Of a stretch of DNA of 64,000 nucleotides, positions 52,185 to 64,000 are shown in pieces. The position numbers were made by a program, and so were the translations under genes. The notes beneath the pieces were generated by a model. That model saw only the letters and a list, made by a program, of their open reading frames with translations, did no database searches and was not told where the DNA came from. The DNA is from Eledone cirrhosa (taxonomy: Eukaryota), in assembly GCA_964016885.1 (NCBI GenBank), contig OZ024740.1:378386001-378450000 (forward strand). The letters are read 5' to 3'. Numbering within the stretch: position 1 is the first letter of the stretch; the number at the start of each line of letters is the position of its first letter.

Positions 52185-53312
52185 CAGATCGCCTCAGGGA
52201 AATGGCCTTGCTCAGTATGTAGGAAAGGTGTAGGTAGGAACTCCATCCTATGCCCCAAATGCAAACAATGGGTACACAAGAGATGTAGTGGGATCTCAGG
52301 AAGCTTAACTAAGAATGTAGGCTTCACATGTAGCAGCTGTGCTGGGACAGCAAGCAGCAGACGACCACAGGAAACAAGCACCACCAAACTCTGGGAAGGC
52401 TCTGTAGAAACAGTAGACAGCTTCTGCTACCTAGGTGACCAAATTAGCAGTGCAGGTGTGTGTTCGGAAAGTACAATAACTAGGGTAAGAACGGGATGGA
52501 AGAAGTTCAGGGAGCTACTGCCACTGCTAGCTGCAAAAGGCTTTTCCCTCAAAATGAAAGGCAGACTGTATGATGCGTGTATACGAACAGCAATGTTACA
52601 TGGTAGTGAGACCTGGGCACTGTCTGTAGAAGACTTGCGTAGATTAGAAAGAAACGAAGCCTGCATGCTCCAATGGATGTGTAATAGTAATATACGCGAA
52701 CGGCAAAGCATAAATGAATTGAGAGAAAGACTGAGCATAAGAGGAATCAAATGCTGTGTGCAGGAGAGGCGGTTGTGTTTGTATGGACATGTGATGCGTA
52801 TGAAGGATGACAGCTGCATAAAAGGGTGCAGAGCATTAGAAGTCGATGGAAACCACAGAGTGGGGAGACCCAAGAAGACCTGGGATGAGGTGATAAAAGC
52901 CGACCTTACCCAATTACACCTCTCAAAGGCGATGTCACACGACTGTGACCTCTGGCGTCACGCAATAATACAGAAGACCCGAACCCCCACATGTACAAGC
53001 CGAAGCTGAAGCATATAGACAATATGCCCCACACCCTCCCACTGCAAAGTGGTCGTGGAGGTGCCACGGCAAAAAAGCACCCAGCCCACACTATAAAGTG
53101 GACGTGTAGGCGCCACAGAAAAAAAGCACCCAGCACTCACTGTAAATGAGGTTGGTGTTAGGAAGGGCATCTAGCTGTAGAAATCAAGCCAGAATCAGTT
53201 CCCGTATGAGCAAGGCAAGGTCAGCCGACCGGACACTGCCCACAACAGGACAGCCTATCTAACCCATGCTAGCGTGGAAGAATGGACGTAAAACGGTGAT
53301 GATGATGATGAT
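52185..53312 (+). mobile_element. 5'-truncated RTE family A starting at the PHD finger
   Basis: ORF 52164-53009 is highly similar to the C-terminal part of the 709-aa ORF; UTR and (GAT)n tail; (TA)n flanks. Confidence 0.93.
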
Positions 53313-53349
53313 ATATACATATATATATATATATATAAATATATATATA

Positions 53350-53516
53350 GTGGTAGAATATGGGGATGTTATATCTGTAGTAAGTAGAACACTCAGTCCA
53401 TAGGATGAGTTTGGTATGAAGTTAGTTCCACAACATATTAGCAAACCATCTTCAAGGACACGCATTTCACCTAACGGATTTTCAACTTGAGTTGAACTGA
53501 GCTTGTGGAACTAACT
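53350..53516. mobile_element. (TA)n-embedded insert with a 14-bp inverted repeat; probable PLE pLTR fragment
   Basis: AGTTAGTTCCACAA 53420-53433 / TTGTGGAACTAACT 53503-53516; shares motifs with 23257-23357. Confidence 0.5.
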
Positions 53517-53683
53517 ATATATATATATATATTTATTAAAATAACAGATTAAAGTTTAAGCAAAGAATCGCTGCTCTACGGTTCTTATATATTTGATATA
53601 TATTTATCCTTATCGAGCCCTCTTTGGATTTTAGTCTTCAAATTTATTATTATTACTATTATTACTATATATATATATATATA

Positions 53684-53831
53684 TTTTAATATAGATGAGA
53701 TTCTACAGGACTAGAACTGTTTCATTCTTTAGAAATCATCAGGAATGTCATCTATATTAAAACTTTTATACTCTGCTATGTATTGAGTACCTTACTTACT
53801 GTGGTTACCTCCGATTCAAACCGGAATAACG
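53684..53831. mobile_element. PLE pLTR fragment with inverted junction, same family as 23176-23241
   Basis: 53684-53746 is the reverse complement of 23178-23240 (1 mismatch); 53748-53762 repeats 23226-23240 on the + strand and continues about 70 bp. Confidence 0.8.
53698..53746 (-). ncRNA. Type I hammerhead ribozyme, second copy
   Basis: AUUC-CUGAUGA-UUUCUAAAGAAU-GAAA-CAGUUCUAGUCCUG-UA-GAAUCU on the minus strand. Confidence 0.82.
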
Positions 53832-55009
53832 TATATATATATATAAAATTATAAGTGTGAAGATCAAATAAACAAAAAATACCAAATTTGTTTTCATAGT
53901 TCTGACTGGTGTGTAGCCAAAGTGCACCCAAGCTGTGAGGTAGTTGGCATGTCAAGAGATTCTGTCAGCGTAAGGACAGATTCCCTGAACTGACCTCTAC
54001 CATTTAAAATGTTTGAAAGGGAAAATTATCACATGGTTTTATAGTCAATACAGAGGGGTAGTAAAGAGTAGACTGTTGGTGAGTAGCAGAGTTTCTAGAA
54101 GCAGCAGCCTAATTTTTTTACTCAACCATATAGGAGATAGAACAAATTATAGAAAATACATATACATATAAATACATAAATATGCAGACATATATGTGTA
54201 CTGTCCATTCTTTATCAGTTTTGCTCAATGAATCAATCAATTAATCAGAGTTATATGAAATTATAAGTGTGAAGAGCAAATAGACAAAAAATAACTAACT
54301 TTTCTTCATAGTCCCGACTGCACAATATATAAAATTTATATATATATAAAATCTTTATATATATTTAGATATAAAATCAGTCAGTCATATACATTACATT
54401 TCAATGAATAATAATGCTTACAACATAATTCAGAAAAGCTTATAAATACAAATATTAATCTATCTCGAATAAGGCTCAGAATTGACTATAGGGAAAATCA
54501 CATTAGAGTACCTTAAAATAAAGGAAACCCATATGAATATCATCCCAGTGGCAAAATTCATTGTTTAGCAAGCTAAATATCTAGGGCTTAACAAATTTTT
54601 CAGTAAAATGGTAGTGCTAGGGCCATGATAAATTCCGTCTAGTTCACTCTGTAAAGTGGTAGTGTTGGTGTTACCAGCACACTTTATTGGTGTTAGGAAA
54701 GGTATCTAGCTGTAGAAATCATGCTAAACTAGAATATATGAGCAGAGCTTGTTCATCTGATATGTCTAGTCTCAGAATGTGACAATCCACCCAACCCATG
54801 CCAACTAAGAAAATAGACATTAAATAATGACGATGATATATATATATATATACATATATGTAAATAAAACTGTTATTGCTTCAATCTTATCATGGATTGA
54901 GTATTACCCTGATTTGAGGTCTTTCTGGTCTTCAAACCTTAGACACTCCATATGTATATATATATGTGTGTGTGTGTGTGTGTATGATGTGTCATCACAT
55001 CACTGTTGT

Positions 55010-55430
55010 ACTCATCTGAGACATGGATGCCATATTGATGGCACATCCAGATCCATGAAAGATTCAACCAGAGGTATCTGAGGCATATTTTGAACATCAG
55101 CTGGAAACCATTTACATCTGACACAGAATTACTAGAAAAACATGCTGTTTGAGTATCAAGGCTCACTTTATTAGGCATCATAAGTGTTGTTTTGTTCATC
55201 TCATCTAGCTTCATGATTTCAGACTTCTGAAGCAGTTACTCTATGGTGAACTAGCAATCAGTAAGTACTACCTGTATAATTCAAAATAGAGATTTGATGA
55301 TGTCATAAAGTTAATCTTCAGTTTTTAAATATTAGTACAGCAACCTGAAAATATCTTACGTTGAATAGAAGTGAATGAGTTTTTAATTTGGGGGAACTGC
55401 CTGCCAAATGTGGGAATGCGATGCATGAAA
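55010..55430 (+). pseudogene. Old RTE (BovB-like) C-terminal relic
   Basis: QRYLRHILNISWK...DTELLE, RLLKQLLYGEL. Confidence 0.65.
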
Positions 55431-56065
55431 GCTGCATGTTATTAATCTTCCATGTGTGATAGAGTGGCGAGATGATCCCAGCTGCCCTGTCTATTGCCAA
55501 ACCAAACTTTCAAAGGCTGCTCTTTTCAACCATGAGAAAGTATATGTCAGGAGCATAAGACAAGGCTTTCAGCTGCATGCAACACCATCAGCCACACTTG
55601 AGCATTACTTTCCTATACAGTGAATACATATATTTGTTACTGGACTGAAAATCTTTGTGAGTTTAATGCACAAAGATGCAGTCTTTATTAGCAATGTATC
55701 TGTTCAAATTACATCCAACATCTGCCATAAAAATTTAAGACAAAATGGCGACCCAGTAGTCATCTAAGAGCTCATGGTAGAAAAACTAACGTCTGATACA
55801 GGTTGATGACTGTAACAAGAAAGTGGTTTGGCTTGGATTCAAGTCATTGACCACTATATATATATAAATATATGTGTGTGTATGAGAGAGAGAGTGTATG
55901 TGTATCATCATCATCACTGTCATCACCATTTTACATCTATTTTCCATGCTAGTATGTGTTAGATAGGTTGTTATGTTCTGATGCTAGGTAGGTCAAATGA
56001 CTGTGTCTCGTTCATACTTTCCATTTTGGCAAGGATTCAACCAATAAATGCCCTTCTTATATGTA

Positions 56066-56119
<54 letters not shown>

Positions 56120-56226
56120 GTAAACACACGCTCACATGTTAATATATGTGTATTTATACATTTAAAACCTGAGGAACAACACAATCTGAACTAGTAGATA
56201 TTAAAATAAACATCTAATTAAATTTG

Positions 56227-56274
56227 CTCCAGGCATTAATTAATGTTTCCTATATCTTGTACTCATCAGTAGAG
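56227..56274 (-). ncRNA. Decayed type I hammerhead of a different family
   Basis: CUCUA-CUGAUGA-GUACAAGAUAUAG-GAAA-CAUUAAUUAAUG-CC-UGGAG: stem I CUCUA/UGGAG, palindromic stem III, GCC instead of GUC. Confidence 0.6.
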
Positions 56275-56889
56275 GGGATAAGCAGAATAGTATGTGATAT
56301 CTGCCATTCATAGTACATCAAGCAACAGTAAATTTCTTCTTTCCTATACTGATATAATGCAATGCAGACCTTGTGTTACTCTTGAGATACACAGTATACT
56401 GAAATAAGTATTTAAAGATATAAAGATTATTGAATATTAAATGCATAAGAAAAATATATCACCCTGAATTAATTACTTATTTACTATTAATTACTTTAAT
56501 TATTAATTACTTATATGCTGACAACCTAATTCTCATAGCTCAATCTGTAGTAGGTTATATGTTGATGACCTAGTTCTTATAATACTATAGTAGATTTGGA
56601 GAAGAAACTCCAGACATGGAAGCCAAACATAGATTGGAGAGTTCTCAAGTAAACTTTGCAAAAATTAAAGTTTTAGCAAGTGCGAAAGATGACGGAGCCT
56701 GCTACCATCAAATAAATTACCTTGCTTGAAATGCAGAAATGAATTATGTAGAAATTCTATACAATGTACCCAGTGTAAACTATGAATGTACAAGAGGTGT
56801 AGTAGGCATGCTAACAGAGAAGGTGCATTTTGTATGTAACAGATGAATAGGAGCAATATATACTAAGAGGATATGTAAAAGGGAATCTC

Positions 56890-57270
56890 TCAAATATTTG
56901 GATGATTCCCTAGAAGTAGTTGATAATTTTCATTACCTTAGCAGTGATAATACAGTGGGTGTTCCAGGGAACTATTGCCTCTGTTGGTAATAAAGGGCTA
57001 CTCTGTCAAAGTGTAGTTTGTCTGATGCTTGAGTACAAAGTATGATTCTGCTTGGTAGCAAAATGCACGTATGTGTAAACTTTGTTACACACTGTAGCCT
57101 TGAATGCAGAGAATATACAAAGAAGACAACCAAGGAAGACATGGGATGAAGTGCTTAAGAATGACATCAAGGAACTAAACTTCACAATGGAGATGACACA
57201 GAACTGGAATGACTGGTGAATCACTGTGCTGGAGAAGACCTGGCCACTAGTACAAGTATAGCAATACGAT
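56890..57270 (+). mobile_element. Old RTE 3' relic
   Basis: SLEVVDNFHYL and QPRKTWDEVLKNDIKELNF. Confidence 0.65.
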
Positions 57271-57549
57271 TGCAAAAATTAAAAGTAGGTGGTCATGTAG
57301 GCTAAGATTTTCTCACAAGCCTCTCCCATTAACACTACCACTCACTCTTTCTCCACCACAATTCCTTTACCATTTACAGCGCAAACTACCCCCTCCCCCC
57401 AGCTTACATCATCCATTAATACTGTATGTTGATATCTATACAACCGTAATTCCTGCACACATTGAACAGTGTGAATACCTGGAGGCTCATCAGTCTAGTG
57501 CTTATCTTGGTTTCATTAGTGTTAAGCAACTGAAAGTACAATTCCTAGC

Positions 57550-57703
57550 TACTGCTGGTACTCATTTTCAGCTGAGTGGACTGGAGCAACATAAAATGAA
57601 GTGATTTTCTCAAGAACACAATGTACCACTCAGTACAGGTATCAAACCCCTGACATTATGATCGTAAGCCCAACACCTTAACCACTAGGTCACTCACCTT
57701 CAC
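57550..57703 (-). mobile_element. SINE family B-related copy
   Basis: CAGCTGAGTGGACTGGAGCAAC...CTCAAGAACACAA...AACCACTAGG. Confidence 0.75.
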
Positions 57704-58189
57704 ATATATACATATGCATGTTTATGCTTATATTTGATTATATAGGTGCAACCCATAACATAGAAAATTTATATAGATTAGCCTATATATGTACAGATAC
57801 AGATACACGTATATATTCATATTAATGTAGTTTTTTTTCTCAAATCACATATCCCACTTCCTCGCTTTCTTTTGTCTCTAGATATGTATATACTTATTTG
57901 TATATCTATATATATGCGTACATACATGCTTGCAGTACATATACATATGTACATACATACATGCAATACATACACACACAGAAACATACACACACCCGAG
58001 GACTAGACGCATACATACTCTACAGGGTGCATCATAATGAGTTTTAGCAAGGTATTTTTCACAAATATAACTATATGTGTATGTATGTGTGAGGGACAGA
58101 AAGAGAAAAACAGATAACTAGAGAGATAGACAAGGAAAAGCAAGAATGTATAGCTACATTTTTGTATATACAGAGTTGATACCATCTTT

Positions 58190-58228
<39 letters not shown>

Positions 58229-61200
58229 AGATGATGATGTCTAACCCATGCTAGCGTGGAAAGTGGACGTTAAACGAGGATGATGATGATGATATATACG
58301 CACACACAAACACATGCACATATTTGATCTACCTCTTTTTATGGCATCCTCTACCATAAAATAAGCCCAAACTCTTCCCCAGCACTAATTATCCAATCAT
58401 ATGCTTATATCAATACAGCTGTGTTTCCTACACACATTGACCAGCATGTTTCTACTGTTTTTCCATCCACCTGCACTCATGCCTCCTTGAAATTTCATGT
58501 TATTTGCTTATATATATATATATATGCCCTTTTTTCTTTTTGCTGTTTTAACTTTTTTGGTACCAAACCACCTAAACTGCCCCTGTTCACATTAAAGTGT
58601 TTATCTATCTTCATAATTGTATGTAAGAACCTTGAAGTTATATTCCAAACACCAAATAAATGATGAGCAAGTTAATTATCATATGTTACTAAATCCTTCC
58701 AAATTCTTGATTATTTTCAAAATGATTTGAAACATATAGGAAGTGTATTTCATTAAAAATATGGTAACAAAATGGTTAAATCTATGTTTCAGTGTTCATA
58801 TGAGTTTGCTATGTTTTAATGTATTTTTTGTAGGGATTTTATAATTAAATTTCCTGCTTAATGTAAACTATTCAACCATTAATCTTTGAATATGAAATGT
58901 TAATTCTAAATTCCTATTATATATTCAACAAACAATTAAAGGTTCATTCCCTTCACTTCACTGCAGATTTATATTAATTTCTCCTGTTTAACTATCATTT
59001 AACAGCATATTTTCTAAATATAATCCATATTATGTAATATATTATAAGACTAAGTCTTTTATCTTTCATTATTTATGAAGTGGCAAACTGTTTTTGATGT
59101 AAAGTGATGCAGCCTGATATACTGATTTGCATGAGTAAACAAAAACACAGACATACACACATGTGTGCAGGCAGGCATGTGCAAACACACACATGCAACA
59201 CGCTTCCATACACTTTCATCTCTCAAATTTCAGTCACAAGGCATTAGTGAACCAAAGCTATAGTAGAAGACTAAAGAATACTGAACAGTGGAATCAAATC
59301 CAGAATTATGTGGTTGCAAAGTAAGCTTCATAACCATATGGCCTTGCTTGAGCCTATATAAAAAACATGAATACTATATCAGAACTATTTCTAGCTTTGC
59401 TCTAAACAGTACATGTGGATCAACAATTGTACTTTTTACTTAGTTAAGTCTCATTACCTTTACTACAGTTAGAACAACACATGCTCTCTCAGGCTGTTTA
59501 CATAATAGTCAATATCTAGATTAAATTAGCTGGTAATATAAATTTTGTAAATAGTGTTTGATGAGAATGCTATAGGGTATATGGATTAATTAATTAGCAA
59601 AATGTTTTTAGACTTGCATATTTCTAGATTTGTGATAAAAAAATTCATTGTCCTATTTTTCCAACCCATTTTAAAATTAGAATTTCATTTTTCTTTCTCT
59701 CTCTTCACTTCCTTCTTTTTCCACTTTTTGTTTCATATTTTTTTTTGCAAACTTTCCTTTCCTTCACCCCACGTATATGAACATTATTAACAAATGGATG
59801 AATTATAGCTGTCCTAAAGAAACCTCGAAAAATCAAAAATCATTTCTACTTTCATACAAACATCGACAATTTATATTGAAAATATGTTTGATAAGCACAT
59901 AACTTTCAATCAAAGTATTAACTAATGGATCAGTCACTCATACTCTGCTCTAAAAGTTATCAGGAAATTTCTCATTGATCAAATTAAAGTTCTCATTAAC
60001 AAACTGATTATTGCAATTTCCTCTTCTTGTGTTACCTTTAAACCATTTTTACCATATTCTAAGGAAACACACTACCTATTTTTTAGAAAATAATCACGAA
60101 TTTGCAGGAATTTAGTAGAACTAATTTTTGTTATTAAGCTGATGTTTGGAGCATTACTTAACAAATAGTTCTTACATAAAGTTATGTTGAAAGATTTTAA
60201 TAAAAATTACAATTACGTCAAAAGGAACAGTTTTGTATAATAATACCAGGGGTTGTTTCATGTGGGTTACTATCAAAAGAGGTCATATCCCATTTAACTT
60301 TTTTGATGCCAATCCAGTCAGAACTGGCTCTGATTCTATGAAACAAAATCATCTATCTTAAAGGATTCCTATTGAAATTAAAATCTTCCATCTTAATTTT
60401 ATGTAAGATCCAATGTTAAGTAATATCTTAGTAATGAAATAATTAAAAATGACAGTAAATCTTCCCAGATTCTTCATTAATTAATTGAAATAGAGCGTAT
60501 TTTATGAGAAATATGTTTACAAAAAGGTCAATACATACTCTCCATTGGTCTGACATACATTGGTTATCAATAAAAGAGCTTATATACTTAGAAAATCCAA
60601 TGGTAATTTACAAAAGCATTAACTTCTTAGTTCCTTCCAATTTACACCAAGAGACTGTTTCAAGTGTTTCTTAGTACTAGTTTCATTTAAACCCTCTCGT
60701 AAAATGCCCCATTTGTTTTTCTAAAATAACAATCTTGTTTGTTTAATTTTGGCCGAAAAATTCTAGGATTTATAAAATGGCCTCCTTGTCCCTCTTAATC
60801 TTTACCCCCCCCCCACTAAATCGTATTACGCGCCGGCTAGTTCACCCTTTCAATCACTCCCTTCTCTCACCAAATATAAATATAAATAAACCTGTTACGA
60901 GGTATGAATCTCAGAATTTGTCAACGCTTATTAATGGTCAGACCTCGTCGTCCCCTGCGAAATGTAATGTAAATGCCATTTTTCTTGTCTCTCCAGCCTA
61001 TCGGTCCATTCATTCATATATCCGTATCATCGCCCAGAATCCAATCTTTTGCTCTCTCTCAATGCTATTCTGGTTGTTCTAAATAATCTTGTATTTTAAA
61101 ACCCCATTATTCGCTTATTATTACTGTTATATGCTTGTCCAATTATGCCCAAAATTTGAAGATTTTATTTAAACCCTCTCGCTAACTACCCCACTCACTC

Positions 61201-61239
61201 GCCCCCACTCTCCACCATTATTATTAGGGCCAATCATAA

Positions 61240-64000
61240 GTTAGCGGCCTATGCTATCACTTCTGGTTGCTTGCCGATATGATGGATGGACTATGGAATT
61301 CTGGAGAGTCTGAAAAATCTGGACACTCAGTGACAATGCCAAAGATAAAGACAAATTCACCTCATGCTGCCGGACGAAAAGGCAAGGACTCCTCCTCTTT
61401 GTTTCGGCCGCGGATGGCCAACATAACCCCAACCCCCTCCCCCTCCCCGCGCCCCACCGTTCCCACCCACCAAACGCAATCCAAAACTTCAGAGTTGGTA
61501 CCATGAATGTAGGCACCTTAAAAGGTCGCTCTAACGAGGTTGTAGAAATGCTTGAATGTAAGGAGGTTGATGTTTGCTGTATCCAAGAGACCAGGTGGAG
61601 GGGTGGGTCTGCTAGATTCATTGTGGGTAAAAAACAATGCTATAAGCTTTTCTGGGGGGAAATGACAATGGGCTGGGTGAGGTAGGAATCATGTTAGCAG
61701 AAAAATGGGTAGATAAGATAATAGACGTAAATAGAGTGAACGACAGAATAATTAAATAAGACTTGTCCTAAATAGAACTACTGTGACAGTAATATCTGCG
61801 TATGCACCCCAATCCGGACTGCCTGGCGCTATAAAAGACAGATTCTATGAGACATTGATGCTCACTACCTCCCAAATAACCGACAGTGACTACATAATTA
61901 TTGCTGGCGACCTAAATGGTCACGTTGGACAACATTGTGACGGCTATGACGGAATCCATGGAGGCTATGGGTTTGGTACTAGAAATGAGGAAGACTCCAG
62001 AATACTGGAATTCTGTGATGCAAATAACCTAACTATCTGTAACACTAACTTCAAAAAACGAGACAATCACTTGATCACCTATAGATCAGGGGAACACGCC
62101 AGTCAGATAGATTATATCCTTACCAGAAGACGTGATAGAGTGTCTGTTGTAAACACTAAATCCCTCCCCCATGAAGAATGCACCTCCCAACATAGACTCA
62201 TAGTCAGCGACCTCATAGTCAGGACAAGATGTACTCGACAACAGAGGAGGACTATCCTCAGGAGAAAAATATGGAAGCTAAAGGACCCCACAGCCAGTAA
62301 TAAATTTAAAAGCTTGATGTTTTCGACAGTAAGGAAGAGCAATTAGAGTCGTACAATATAGAGGAACAGTGGGAATTCCTGAAAGCTAACCTGCTGAAGC
62401 GGCAGATGAAGTCTGTGGCTGGAGCAGGAGGAGAGTAACGTGGTGGTGGAACAGTAAGGTGGAGAAGTCAATTAAGGCCAAAAAGCAGGCTTGGAAAGTA
62501 TGGCGGGATGGGGGGAAGTAGAGAAGACTACCAAGTGGCCAGGAGGGAAGCTAGGAGACAAGTGTACTTCGCAAGAAGGGAAGCAGAGGAAAGCAAGTTC
62601 AAGCATGTTCTACAATGCGAGGACCAAAAACGTGAGGTGCTCAGGATTGCTAGCAATGTGTCAAGGAAAACCATGATATTGTCGGGGAGAAGTGTGTCCT
62701 TAATGATGGTGGTGTACTTGCCATCACTGACGCTGATAAGAAGGTAGCTTGAAAGTGTCACTACGAAAGGCTACTAAATGAGGAGAATAAATGGGAGAAA
62801 GACAGTCTCCCCCACATCGATCCAATAGAGGGACCAGCAGTGCTAGTTGAAGGTAGTATAATAAGTAAGGCAATCAAAGATATGAAGACGGGTAAGGCGG
62901 TTGGGCCTTCGGAAATAGTTGCTGAAATGCTGAAAGCATCTGGAACGGTGGGACACACTATGGTCACCTGGATAGTAAACCAAGTCATACAGAATGGGGC
63001 CGTTCCGAAGGACTGGCGTAGCAGCATCATCATTAACTGCTACAAGGGTAACGGAGATGCCCTAGATAGGGGTAACTATAGAGGCATTAAATTAATCGAC
63101 CAGGTCATGAAGGTCGCAGAAAAAGTAATAGCGCAACTAATCAGAGAACGAATTGATCTAGATGAAATGCAGTTTGGGTTTGTGTCAGGTAAAAGTACCA
63201 CAGACGCTCTTTTCATTGTACGACAACTACAGGAGAAGTACCTAGCTAAAAGTAAACCCCTATACTTAGCTTTTGTTCTCTTGGAGAAAGCCTTTGACAG
63301 AGTCCCCCCGCTCCATTATCTGGTGGGCACTTAGAAAACTAGGTGTTGATGAATGGCTTGTGAGAGCTATACAAGCCATGTATAAAGAAACAGTCAGCAA
63401 GGTTAGAATTAACAATGAATATAGTGAAGAGTTTAGCGTAAAAGTTGGTGTTCATCAGGGCTCCGTTCTTAGCCCCATACTATTTATTATTGCCCTTCAG
63501 GCTATAACAGAGGAGTTCAAGACCGGCTGCCCATGGGAACTTTTATATGCAGATGATCTAACGCTCATGGCTGAACTAGAGAAGAAATTCCAAACATGGA
63601 AGCATGGCCTAGAATCAAAAGGCCTTAAAGTTAACTTGTCTAAGACTAAAGTTCTAGTTTGTAGGAAGGAAAATAGGGCACCGGTCCCATCTGGGAAATG
63701 GCCATGCTCAGTGTGTAGGAAAGGAGTAGGCAAAAACTCCATTTTATGTCCCAAATGCAAAGTATGGGTGCATAAAAGATGTAGTGGGATCACAGGTAAG
63801 CTAACTAAGAATATAGATTTTATATGTGGCCGGTGCTCTGGTGCAATAAGTATCAGCAAGTGCCCATAAAATACTAGCTCATTCCATTGCCCAGATGGTT
63901 CTATAGAAATAGTGGACACCTTCCGTTACCTGGGTGACAAAATCAGCTGTGGGGGAGGGTGCTCTGAAAGTACAGTAGCTAGAGTCAGAACGGGATAGAA
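61240..64000 (+). mobile_element. Near full-length RTE LINE (APE, RT, PHD), frameshifted, running off the window end
   Basis: VGTMNVGTL, CCIQETRW, ISAYAPQ, GDLNGHVG, SQIDY, QHRL; RT HQGSVLSP and YADD; PHD at 63693-63836; several frameshifts and stops. Confidence 0.93.

Overview
AT-rich, repeat-dense eukaryotic DNA, apparently intergenic or intronic. The SINE families, microsatellite load and LINE types suggest a cephalopod such as Octopus (inference, not verified). No host protein-coding gene can be supported. Every long ORF is either transposon-derived or a microsatellite artefact. Contents: (1) several RTE-clade LINEs, including an open 5'-truncated RT copy (25.9-28.1 kb) and a near full-length frameshifted copy running off the window end, all with a PHD-type C4HC3 finger inserted after the RT core; (2) CR1, R4/Dong-like and CRE-like LINE relics; (3) two or three mariner copies, one with TIRs; (4) TTAA- and hAT-type MITEs; (5) at least three tRNA-derived SINE families; (6) a Penelope-like element (GIY-YIG C-terminus, about 2 kb of complex microsatellite, CCAAT/TATA, type I hammerhead ribozyme). 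The least explained signal is a set of 100-170 bp inserts in (TA)n tracts that carry intact or decayed hammerhead cores and terminal inverted repeats. Also notable are a SINE-RTE-RTE triple chimera and an RTE with a twin-priming-like 5' inversion. Boundaries of old repeats were read by eye and are approximate.
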